In this document: one piece after another, positions 53,265-64,000 of the stretch
Layout: every line of letters begins with the position of its first letter
Position numbering within the stretch: position 1 is the first letter of the stretch
Source of the DNA: Heterodontus francisci
Lineage: Eukaryota
Reading direction: 5' to 3'
NCBI RefSeq assembly: GCF_036365525.1
Contig: NC_090392.1
Span: forward strand, 58,653,247 to 58,717,246
DNA length: 64,000 bases
The notes under the pieces: generated by a model
Databases searched by the model: none
What the model saw: the letters and a program-made list of their open reading frames with translations, nothing else
Told to the model about the DNA's origin: nothing
Made by a program: the position numbers and the translations under genes

Positions 53265-53672
53265 TGCTTTTCTTTATTCACAGGATGTGGGTGTCACTGG
53301 CAAGACCAGCATTTATCGCCCTTGAGAAGGCAGGGGTGAGCCAACATCTTGAATTACTGCAAGCAGTTTGGTACAACTGTTGCTTCAGAGGGCAGTTCAG
53401 AGTCAATCCCATTGCTAACTGAAGTCACATATAGGCTAGACCAGGTAAGGACAGCAGATTTCCTACCCTAAAGGGGCATTAGTGAACCAGATAGGTTTTT
53501 ACAATAATCTGGTAGTTTCATGTTACCATTTCTGATACTAGCTTTTTAATTTAGATTTATTTAATTAATTGAACTTAAATTCCCAAGCTACCATGATGGG
53601 ATTTGAACAAGTCTCTAGATCAATAGTCCCGGCCTCTGGATTACTAGTCCAGTAACATAACCATTATACTAC
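53265..53672 (-). mobile_element. tRNA-derived SINE sharing its tail with the second LINE family
   Basis: Minus-strand head gtagtataatggttatgttactggactagtaatccagagg...gttcaaatccc; tail ataaatgctggtcttgccagtgacacccacatcc. Confidence 0.65.
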
Positions 53673-53675
53673 AAT

Positions 53676-54441
53676 GGGCTGAATTCTACGCCCCCCCAAA
53701 GAGTGGGATGGTGGCGGGTGTGGGGGGGTGGGTGGCATAAAATGGAGCGGGAGGCTCCGGGAGCCCTTCCCGACCCGCTCCGGCCACTTTATGCAGGGTG
53801 GCAGCAGCGAAAAATGGATCACCTGCCCCAGCCAATCAAAGCCCTTAAGTAGCCACTTAACGGCCACTTAAGGGCCTTCACCTGCCTCCACGGGATTTTA
53901 CCCATGCCTAATCAGCCGGTTGAGGCCCGAGAGAAGCCGACTGACAAAAGCAGGCGGCTCTCTGATGGCCCAGTGGGGGGGGGGCCTCATGATCTGGCAC
54001 CCTGTGCCCGATGGAGGGCCGCCTCCGCTGCCCCACCCATCCCCAACACCCAACACGCACCCCCCCCACCGTCCCCTGTCCCCCCAGTTAACCACCCTTG
54101 CCTCACTGGGGCCTGTCCGATCACTGCCGGCAAGGCAACCAAAACTTACCTTTGTTCTGGGCTCCCCGACGTCTTCTTCTCCAAGCTGGGCTGTAGTCTC
54201 AGCAGTGGTCACCGCTCCTGGTGGTGCTGCTGGGACAGTTAGCTGCCAGCCCGCTGATTGGCTGGCAAATCTATTAGGCAGGACTTCCTACCTCAAGCGG
54301 GTGGAAGTCCCGCCTCACAACATTTAAAGCCTGGCAACCCGCAAAATATGGGTCGGATCCCCAGGTGAGGTGGAAGCAGGTTCGCCACTGACTTTTCAGT
54401 CGGTGGCTGGCTCCCATCTGCCCAGGGTTAAATCCCGACCC
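53676..54441. mobile_element. GC-rich MITE, related terminus
   Basis: Starts GGGCTGAATTCTAC, ends taaatcccgaccc; similar to about 61082-61740. Confidence 0.55.
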
Positions 54442-54929
54442 ATATCTCTTACATAACAATAGAAATACATTTGTTTACATTTATCTACATTATTTTAGAC
54501 CATCAATATAATTGAGCCAAGTCTCTCTGAAGGGATTCTTTCTTTCTTCTTGTTTCTTGTTTCTTCTTGTTATCCATCCACATAGTTTCGTGCCATCTAC
54601 AAATTTAGTAAACCTATTCTACCCATACCCTGTTTGATACCATTCACAAACACTATGGCCAAGAGACCCAAGAGAGACTTCTGTGGCATACTTTAGCTAT
54701 TTCTTTTTCCCATTTATCCCCAGCTTTTGTCTTTTGTTGTCAACCAGTTCTTAGTACATCTAGATAAATTCTAATTTCATAATCATTGACAATCCCTGAG
54801 GATTGAGGAACTTTGCTGGATCTCTTTTGGAAATTCAGGTAAACTACATCTACTGGCTGCTGATGTGCACTGGATTTTCATAAACAGATCAATCTAGGGA
54901 GATATATAACAATGGCATATGTATGAAGT

Positions 54930-55061
54930 GGGGATAATTTTCTAATTATGTACAGGCAGTACGGAACCTTGCTCTAATATTGAGAAATTGCAGGCATCCT
55001 GCCCATGACTTTCCAATATGAGGTTTCCTGATACAATCACGTGCACAGAAAATTACTCCCC
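54930..55061. mobile_element. Small MITE-like element
   Basis: Imperfect TIR ggggataattttct / agaaaattactcccc. Confidence 0.4.
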
Positions 55062-55322
55062 AGAGTGTATACACAGGAGAATGCAGGATATCTACCTATT
55101 TAGACAATAGACATATGCTATTTGTAGACTTGATGTATGCAGCTGAGAGATTGCATGAACAAATGAGCTGGATGTTAAAGTCTGTAACCTGAGGGTTCAG
55201 ATGTTGGTACATAAAACCTAATTTCTGCCCGTGGGTGAGACACCATCTGAACCCGTTGCACAGAACATATATTTGACACTTACTTTAATCACCATTATTC
55301 ATTGTAATGAGATATAACTTAC

Positions 55323-55837
55323 CTCTTCAAACAACTCTAAACTGTATGTGTTGTCATCGTCTGCAAAATATATGACCCCTTGCTGTGTGTTGTTTAAATT
55401 GAACATTTCCCGAAGCCACCTCAATGCCAGGTTTCTTTGCATGGTGCCACGTGGGAAACGAGGATCCCGAATGTCCCCTCTCAGCTTGTAACTGCGTGGT
55501 GTCTCTACATTCAAGTGTGTGTAGTTAAGGCCCATCTCCTTGAGGAGTTGGGTCACCAGTGTTGTTCTTCTCTGTGCGTCCTCCACCACTATCCAGTGGA
55601 GGTTGGGCACGTGAAGTAGGGTGTTAGCAACCCTTGTCAGTTCTGCCTTCTGTACAGGCCTGCTGTAAGTTGGAGTGATGACATGAATTGTGGGGAGGAT
55701 ATCTGACCAGGGGGGAGGCCGTGTATAAACATACTCTGTCCTGATCACCTCCACAATATCCTTATCTGATGGACAATATTCCTTGGAGTCTGATGACTGA
55801 CCAAGATCTCGGCGGTTGCCATTCTCACTCCCATCAT
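55323..55837 (-). CDS. B3GAT1: B3GAT1 second coding exon: stem and N-terminal half of the GT43 domain
   Basis: tttCAG acceptor and GTAAG donor, 515 nt, inside ORF 55299..56075. Contains LPTIHVITPTYSRPVQKAELTR, RGTMQRNLALRWLR and the DXD motif YFADDDNTYSLELFEE. Confidence 0.97.
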
Positions 55838-56089
55838 CTGAAAGAAAAATGGTAAAACTTAGTTTTGTTTTTCTAAAATTTACAGGGACTGGGTACATTC
55901 TTGGCCTTGATTTGTTCTTGGTAATTGCCTCATGACTTTCGCTACTAGTAAAATGGAGATCAGACTCCATCACTAAACGGTGCTCCACATTACTCCATCC
56001 ACTGATCCCGTCGTGTGTCTGTATCATGTTTCTGTGATATAATATATACTGAGTACATTTGCATTTATATAGCATATTATCTGATCAAA

Positions 56090-56445
56090 ATAAAATCAAA
56101 GTATTTCAGCAAATGACTTACTTTGGAATGCAACCACTAATAGCAGGAGCTATTCTGCACAAAGGGGTAATTGAAATAAAATAAATAGCTCTTTGGTTTG
56201 GTAATATTAGCCTGTATACCAGGAGAATTTCATACTCTTCTTTTAATAATGCTATAGGATCTTTAGCATCTACTCAACCAATCAGACTGGACCTTGCCTT
56301 AATGACTCATCCAAAGGATGGCGCTCCTGACAGTGCGGCACTCAGTTTGTACTGCGCAGCAGTGTCAGCTCACTTTATATGCTCAAGTGCTGTTGCAGGA
56401 CTGAATACATAACCTCTGACCCAAAGGCTACTACTGAGCCAAGCT
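56090..56445 (-). mobile_element. SacSINE1/Deu-SINE-like SINE
   Basis: ctcatccaaaggatggcgctcctgacagtgcggcactc...gtactgc...gtgtcagc is antisense to 46198-46625. Confidence 0.6.
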
Positions 56446-57769
56446 GACACACAATGATGTGTCCAATACACTTACAATTCTGAAGTGTAACAGGTAAATT
56501 AGGGCACCACAGAGTGCAGGAACAAGGATTGACAATCACAATTCTGCATCTAGCTAGTGTCTGATTTCAGTTTCAGGAACTGACTCGAGATAGAGAGCTA
56601 GCCCAAATGATAAAATAATCTGAGGACAAGTCAACCTGGGTTTTGTGAATTTTGTGGAGCCTAATTACAGAACATCATTCGAAGACTCTTCAGACCCAGT
56701 TCCCTACCTCCTTGATCAAGGGCAGTGGATGGCTTGGATGTATTGGGAAAAAAAGGGCAAATAATTATTACTTGTTACAAAAAAACACAGATACATTTAA
56801 TTTGTGTAGATATATGGAGTAACCCATTTGCAGAGGATCATTAACACTGTTCTACAAGAAACATATATTTGTGCAGACCCTATATGTGTCCAAATGATTG
56901 TACAAAAAATATAGCAGCTCCTACGTCACTAATACTGCTTGTCTGTACTTAAGTATCAACTGCTCTGTGGCAATCATACAACTTATCCAGCTTCAACCAT
57001 ACAAACTGCATGCATGGGAGCTTCCATTGATTCATGTCTGAGCCACACTGTCCCAGGCAGGTACGAATTCCTACATTTTACCTCACATGTTGTCTAGCAA
57101 TGGGACTTTTTACAAAGTGCATTTCAAGAGTGGAGGGATGTGACGGGTCAGAGCAGGTTCAATATCTAGCAAGCTAATATTGGCCTTAGTGATTAATACT
57201 TATATTAGTTGAGGGGCTAATTTAAATGAATAAAAGAGCATTATGAATTCTTCATACCTCATACTTGATATTTGAATTTTGGATATACATTCATTTCAAA
57301 ATTAGACTTGATAAGAGATTAATAGAAATTAGATTTAATCATTGTCTCCATTCAAGAGGATAACTGAGACTTGAATATTCTGGTTATATCTACGGCAATG
57401 TCAACATTCCCAAGGAAAACTGCAGAATAGGTGAAATGAATGTATATCCAAAATTCACATGGCAGCAAAATTAAATACTGGGCAGAGGCCAGATTCAGCC
57501 TTTTTTCATACATGTAATGAACTTCATCCAACTCCAGGCCAGAGATTATGAGATTTACTAAATGAAATATGATGTACTTATTAGGTATGTCTGTGTATGT
57601 ATGTATGTATTAAAAAAGTACAACATGAGCAGGTTGGACCATCAAGTAGCAGCAACTGAGGAGTCAAAGGATGGCCTGCAAATATTGTGCAAATATTTGA
57701 ACCCTGTAATATTGTATAAACTGCACTCAGGTCTAAGGGAAGCTTTAATTGCTTCTCTAAACTCATTGT

Positions 57770-58405
57770 AAGCAATGTGTAGGTCTCATATATTCTTAGA
57801 GCAGGTTAGTCTTCAAGGCTACTAAATAAGGTTGAGTCCCATGGGATTAACAGCCAGATTTTGGGTGGGATAGGAACTGGTTGGATTCTCATAGACAAAA
57901 GAGTAGTTATCAATAGTAGTGGTTCTGTGCGGGGACTGGTTAATAGTGAAGTCCCACAAAGATTGTTATTAGGGCTGATGATCTTCACCATCTTTATCAA
58001 TGATCTGGTTGGCAGCATCAGGAGAACTGTTGACAAGTTTGTGGTTGATACAAAGTTATGTGCAGGTGTAGGAGCTTAGATGAGAAAAATAGATTGCAGG
58101 CAGATCTAGATGCAATGGGCAAATGGGCCAATATCTGGCTGATGTTTTAATTTAAGATAGATGTTGTTTTATACACTTGTTTAGCGGCAATGCGAAGCAT
58201 GTTTACACCAAACAAAGTTGTGCGCCCAAAGGGAGAAGGAGCTGGGTGTTAGAGTGCATGAGTTTTTGAAGGTCCATGACTGGTACTGTGAGGCTATTGC
58301 AAAAGCAAGTGGAATGTTAGAAAATATTTCCAAGTCAATTAATTAAAACCCAGGAAGTACTATTCTGACCCTGTACAAGGCCTTGGTCTGGCCTCACCTA
58401 GAACT
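57770..58405 (+). mobile_element. Old CR1 RT fragment
   Basis: SEVPQRLLLGLMIFTIFINDL...KFVVDTKL. Confidence 0.7.
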
Positions 58406-59509
58406 GGGGTTGAATTTCAGCAGAGGTTCCCCCAGTTATCAGCTGTAACTCCCTAAGTAGTTCTAAGATCCTTTATCACTGATTTTTTGCTTCTCCCAAG
58501 AGATTCCCTGGCTGTGGGGAGGGCCTGGAGGGGATGAGGATGATGATGAGCAGATGACAGTATAGGACACGACAATGAGTCAGCTGCTCTTTTTCATCTG
58601 TTTGTATCTTTTAATATTCTCTAGTGTGCTAGAGTTTCAGCCACATTGCTTTTCTCTTTCTTTCTGTTGTGAATGTTTGACTGCGTCTAATAAATTTTCT
58701 AATTAACTCTGTCGCACAACTAATGATAGGTTATTTATGTTCCAATGTTTTCAATTGCACACCCTCTCCAATACTACATCCCTTTCTCATTCAGTTACTG
58801 TTTCCTTATTCATATTCACCTCAATCTGTTGTTTTATTAATCTGACATTTGCCTGATACTTTCAGCTTTCCCGTATCTTGGATCGAGCACAAAGCGGAAA
58901 GTCCAGCAGGGAGGATCTCACACCTGTTACTGAACCTGTCTGATCTTTCTTCCAATAATTTAAACAGAAGGAAAATCTGGTGTTTTTTTTAGTGCCATGT
59001 GATCCATTTTCCTCACTGCACTTCACCAAGGCAATGCTTAACAAATAGGCAGTAAAGACGAAAATCTGTCCTCTGGATGATGTTTAACAAAATAATTTAG
59101 AAAAATTGAATAAAAGTTTATTTAAAGCAAAATATCCATACAAAATCTAATAACATTTCTGTAACTTTTTCAGTTTCTAAATGTTCAATCAACTATTTCA
59201 CTTTTAATCTAAACAAAATATCATGGCTATTGATACTTCTCGATTACCTGTTACGTTACTCTATCTGCTATTTTAGTGGATATGGTAAGATATGCAGTTA
59301 ATGCCTCCTTTAAAATAGTGGGCAGAGCAATGTCGTACATACATGTTAACTATTTGCTTTCTCATATAGCATCTCCAGATTTATATTTTTCAGATTCTGA
59401 GGTTCCTACATCAAGAGGATATTATGGAACATCTTTCTTCATGTTAAGAATTGTTTTAAAAATGATGAACAGCCATTTTGGTGAATTAGTAAGCCTGGTT
59501 GTCACTTAC

Positions 59510-59621
59510 CCTTTCTCAGGGCCAGCAGAGGTGAGACAGTGTTTTGGTGCCAAACTGTAATAAGCAGAGTCCAGGGTAATACAATCAATACAATTGCGAG
59601 GATGTCTCGTCTCTTCGGCAT
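59510..59621 (-). CDS. B3GAT1: B3GAT1 (GlcAT-P) first coding exon: cytoplasmic tail and signal-anchor
   Basis: Reverse complement reads MPKRRDILAIVLIVLPWTLLITVWHQNTVSPLLALRK+G then a GTAAGT donor, nearly identical to the recalled human N-terminus. 112 nt, phase 1. Confidence 0.95.
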
Positions 59622-60392
59622 CTCCAGGGCTGGTCCTACATTTCTTCATCACCTATCACAAACCCCATAAGGTTCAGAACTACAGTACATTCAACAGAAA
59701 GTAGAGTTCAAAATGTTCTACACAAGGTATACAAGACATTCCTATTTTCTACGCTCTTTAATGTAAGACTTTCATTGCAGAAGTTCCTATTCCAGAATGG
59801 TGAGATGCTGCTTATCTAACTTTGGGGCAAACAATGGCAGCATAATGGAGTATACAGAATGCTGGGGTGTAGTCTTCCACCCACACTTCCCATAAGGTAA
59901 ATTCCTGGTTTCTCATGTAAGCTGAAAGTTGAGGCCAAAGGGAAATCAGGACAAGAACTAGTCCAGGCATTCCCAGTGATCACTTCAGAGAAGCAGTGAC
60001 AAAGCTTTAGAAGAGTGGGTCTGACAGGTTTGCTCCGCAGAGAGCTGGCATGGACTCGATGAGCAGAATGGCCTCCTTCTATGCCGTAAATGACTCTATG
60101 ACTCTCAATGCTGTGTCGAACTGGAGAAAATAACTTAGGGGAATACCGGGGGCAGTTTCAACCTTTGTAAATTCCAAACCAAAATCAGTGCAGGAATGAT
60201 ATGCTAAGTCAGGAGAGTATGTGCCTTAAGGGAGCGTTGTTCTCAAATATTAGATTACAATGATGTCTCATACTTCTCAATCTTGGATTCTCTTGACATA
60301 ATTATAAATAAATGATTTAATAAGAGTATCTAAGTGCTATTTTTCCCAATTGCTTGGGTGAGCTAACATACATACAATATGTACAACATAAT

Positions 60393-60600
60393 ACAAAAGC
60401 AAAATACTGCGGGTGTTGGAACTTTGAAATAAAAACAGAAAATGCTGGAACTGCTCAGCAGGTCTGGCAGCATCTGTAGAGAGAGAAACAGAGTTAATAG
60501 AGTTCTGACAACAGGTCATTGACCTGAAACGTTAACTCTGTTTCTCTCTCCACAGATGCTGCCCGACCTGCTGTGTATTTCCAGCATTTCTGTTTTTATT
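60393..60600. mobile_element. Palindromic putative Penelope-like pLTR element, copy 3, with a hammerhead-like fold at 60499-60539
   Basis: Inverted arms; TSD TATGTACAACATAAT (60378-60392) / TATGTACAACCTAAT (60601-60615). Confidence 0.7.
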
Positions 60601-61081
60601 TATGTACAACCTAATGCTTATTGGAAGATTTAGGACACAATGGGCCAGTATTGTGAACTAGCGTAAAATACATTACATCTCATTAAATAATGCATTGTAG
60701 CTGCTGTCATCATAGCTATGGAAAAATCAGCTTAATTACGATAAGAATTATATTCAACATTTAGACCTATTCATTTCTGACTCCTTTAACTATAAAACAT
60801 TGAAGGCTATAAAACAATGAAGGTTGCCTGTTTGTTAGTGCTGCCATACAGTGAGCTAAACCACTGACCAATTCTCAGTGAACCAACAGGGAACCTTTTC
60901 ACTTTACCCCAGGCTGCAGTTAGACTGCTTCAGGTATGAATTCCAAGTAAGGTAAGACTAATATTGGGAGGAGTCCCTCTCCCCACCCACTTCATTTTTT
61001 TGCCTAAATGCACTTGGGTGACTACACACCTCATGGAGTTTCCTCTGTGCGCTACGTGTATTTGTAAAGAACAGATTTATC

Positions 61082-61740
61082 AGGCTGAACTTTACCAGCT
61101 CTCTGGGGATAGGCTGGGAGGTGGGGAGTCCAATAAAATGGTGAGGGAAGGCAGGGGTGGAGTCTGCATCGTCTTCTTGCCCCCATGCCATCTTGTCAGT
61201 AGCGGGGAAGGTGGCAGACAGCCCTCCCTCCCAAAGGCCAATTGAGCCGCTTAAGTGGCCAATGAAGGGCTTTCTCCTGCCGCTGCTGGGATTTTACCAG
61301 GTAAACCCTGGTGGTCTCCCAGCGGGCTCGGAAGGGTGGGGGGAGGACCTTCTACTTAGGCACTCTTTGGCCCTTGATGGGGGGGGCGGTCCAGCGGCAT
61401 TGGCCGCTCCCACAACAACAGCACTGCCTGCCCTCAACAACTCCCTCCCCTTGCTGGGGCTTGCCTCACCTCACATCTGGTTGTGAAGGCGTTGCCCATC
61501 AATGGAGTCCTCTTCTTCCAGGTGCAGTCGCAGCAGTGGCCACCACTCCCAGTGGCATTCCTGAGGCTGTTGAGCTACTGCCTTCTGATTGGCCGGTAGC
61601 TCCTCGGGGCAGGTGGCCATCTTTTATAGAGACATCTGCTCTGGCGGCAGTGAATTAATTAGCTACCGCTGACAAGATGTGGCTCTGGGTCCCACAGACT
61701 GCTGAAGCAGAGTTGCCAACCCCCCAACCCCCAACCCCCA
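61082..61740. mobile_element. Degenerate GC-rich MITE
   Basis: Starts aggctgaacttta; internal motifs (cttaagtggccaat, ctgattggc) resemble 53676-54441. Confidence 0.5.
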
Positions 61741-62528
61741 CCCCACCCACTCCTTTGTAGTGCTTGATTGATCTGGATTTGATTGTATTACTCTGAACAT
61801 TGGTCAACGTTCATTGTTTGATTACTTCAGCCTGGTTGAAACTGAAACTAAAAAGAAACAGGTCTCGAATGTTCTAGTAATTACTAGTGTCTCCTATAGA
61901 AAACAGACTGTTCTGAAAAGATATTGTACTGAGATCTTGTTAGTGCTGAGATATTTCTAAATGCTGTAAATAAACCAGTTGCTCTGGGATAAATCAGATA
62001 AATATAATATATCCAGCAACCCAGCATAAACATAACACCCCCCACTTTTGGGTCCATCGGTGGGACCCCTGCCGAGAAAACGTCTAGCCCATCGTATTAC
62101 TGCACAAAACACTTTCTATGTGTTATGTACAACTGTGCAGTATTCAATCAAGTGAGCTCCAGAATGATATTATTCCAGGAAATTCTTAACAATATCCCAC
62201 AGAAAACAGGGAATTTTTCTTCGAAGTTAGATATCTTTTTGAAAAACCTTTGAAAAAGTGTCTGAATTACTTTTCATTGTGTGCTGTTAGGTTATCAAAT
62301 TGAGCCCCAGATTGCTGAATTCTCACTAATTCACTTGCATTCCTGTCCAACCACATACACGCACAGACGCAAGGGCAACTACACACGTACAAACAGAAGG
62401 GAACTGCAAACACACTCAGAACTTTAGAAAGGGTTATTAATGTGAATGTAGAAGTTAATGTGATAGGTATGATGAAGATTTAATGAAAACTCATGCTATT
62501 TTTTTCAGTAAATATAAAAACCTATGTG

Positions 62529-62691
62529 GAGAGAGAAACAGAGTTAACGTTTCAGGGACTGCAGCAAACACCTGAAACATTAACTTTGTTTTTCTCCTTC
62601 CACAGATGCTGCCAGGCCTTCTGTGTATTTCCAGCACTTTCTGTTTTTATTTCAGATCTCCAGCATCTGCAGTATTTTGCTTTTATAAAGA
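62529..62691. mobile_element. Palindromic putative Penelope-like pLTR element, copy 4
   Basis: Truncated left arm plus full right arm; perfect TSD AAAAACCTATGTG (62516-62528, 62692-62704). Confidence 0.7.
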
Positions 62692-63767
62692 AAAAACCTA
62701 TGTGTTTGATTATAAGGTTAATTTGTTCAAAACACCAATAAATTATTAAGCTGTATATTTTGGAACATCTACACCACAGAACATACAAAAACAAGACTCA
62801 ATTAAGATTTACAGTAGATGTTTTTTAACCGAGTTCACAATGGAAGCACATCCACAACTTAAAACTACCTAGAGCAGGGAATGCTGGTTTGGGAAATGAG
62901 CAGTTCCAGCCTGTACAATGAAGGTACAGGTCAGGTTGGGCATATTATGATGACTGATTGTTAAATTACAGAAAAAGTGGCAGAGTGAAAGTTAATGCCA
63001 GGTTGCATTCTCTCATTTGGGTTTAATTCATTATGAGGTGGTTTCTGCTAGTGGACGGAAGACACTGAGTGAGGCAATCATTAGGGTGAGCCAGATCAAA
63101 GCAACTGGATTAATATGCAGTTTTTTTTTAACAATTGCAAACTGTCAGGCTGTGATTCTGATGTTGGTCACAATGACCCAAGTTAGAGAGGAGGAAAATC
63201 TGCCATTCCTGCTTGTTGTGCATTGACTCAAGTAGGAAAGGTTGTGTAATGGGTGTCTGATCAATGCAAAGTCAGACTCAAATGTGATGCCTTCCACAGT
63301 TGAATGACCTGCTGGCACTCACTGCCTATATTCACTCATGAAGAATGGCCACTGACATGAAGTAACAAAAGCCTGCTGTTGTGTGTTGCACTGTACTGCA
63401 GCACCTCAAGGAAAGGATGCGTGAAATGTGGTGAAAATATGATGAGGGATCAAATCCTATGACCTTATAATGTTAGCAGCTGAATTTCCATCTTTCACTG
63501 TTCATATTGTGCAGTAATCATACAAAAAGATACAGTGCAACTTTGCTACAAACCCGTGGCCTGATAAAAGAATACTAATCATATTGGGCTGGATCTTGCT
63601 GGAAAAATAATGGCGTGTTAGCAACGTACACAGTTATTAATGCACAAATCAGTCAACAGTTTAGATGCTCTCGCCATATCGTTATCAGCTATTGCTTCCA
63701 GCAAGTTACGATGCAAAACATTTTTGAGCTGAAGGGTGCAAGAAAAGTTTAACTAACGGTATCTGTT

Positions 63768-64000
63768 TAGAAGAATGAGAGATGATCTCATTGAAACATA
63801 CTAGATTCTGAAGGGGCTTGACAGGGTAGACACTGAGTGGTTGTTTCCCCTGGCTGGGGAATTTAGAACATGGGGGCACAGACTCAGGATAAGGGGTTGA
63901 TCATTTTGGACTGAGTTGAGGAGAAATTTCTTCACCTAGAGGGCTGTGGATTCTCCATCATTGAACATATTCAAGGCTGAGATCAATAGATTTTTAATCT
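63768..64000 (+). mobile_element. CR1 3' fragment
   Basis: tttagaagaatgagagatgatctcattgaaacata (FRRMRDDLIETY). Confidence 0.75.

Noticed and set aside
53898-54459. Cluster of overlapping ORFs or a CpG-island promoter
   Set aside because: It lies within a GC-rich MITE where stop codons are rare; no protein family is recognisable.
55838-56075. N-terminal extension of ORF 55299..56075
   Set aside because: Intronic read-through upstream of the acceptor; the true N-terminus is the exon at 59621-59510.
59700-64000. B3GAT1 promoter or first non-coding exon
   Set aside because: No convincing promoter outside repeats; it probably lies beyond the window.

Overview
Eukaryotic, vertebrate DNA, most likely an elasmobranch (shark/ray), judged from HE1/V-SINE-like and SacSINE1/Deu-SINE-like elements and dense CR1 LINEs. 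Two convergent, intron-rich genes are present. The + strand carries the last four coding exons of a GH35 beta-galactosidase-1-like gene (GLB1L2-like; 3360-3447, 5658-5769, 11840-11956, 13348-13431). The - strand carries the complete coding sequence of B3GAT1/GlcAT-P, the HNK-1 glucuronosyltransferase (59621-59510, 55837-55323, 43120-42824, 34879-34793; 336 aa). The rest is mostly repeats: CR1 fragments (one young copy with a 552-codon open RT frame), a second CR1/L2-group LINE family, tRNA-derived SINEs, solo LTRs, a hAT/Charlie deletion derivative and GC-rich MITEs. Most short ORFs in the supplied track are repeat fragments or noise. I see no prokaryote-type novel system. The best leads are: a short palindromic element family with 13-16 bp target-site duplications and a Penelope-type minimal hammerhead ribozyme fold; two different solo LTRs stacked at one GTAC target; inverted MITEs flanking an in-frame B3GAT1 exon; a uORF where mammals encode the long GlcAT-P N-terminus; a YCAY cluster with tandem acceptors in a B3GAT1 intron; and a near-consensus CTCF site between the genes. 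Family names and mammalian comparisons come from recall, not database searches, and repeat boundaries are approximate unless a TSD is given.
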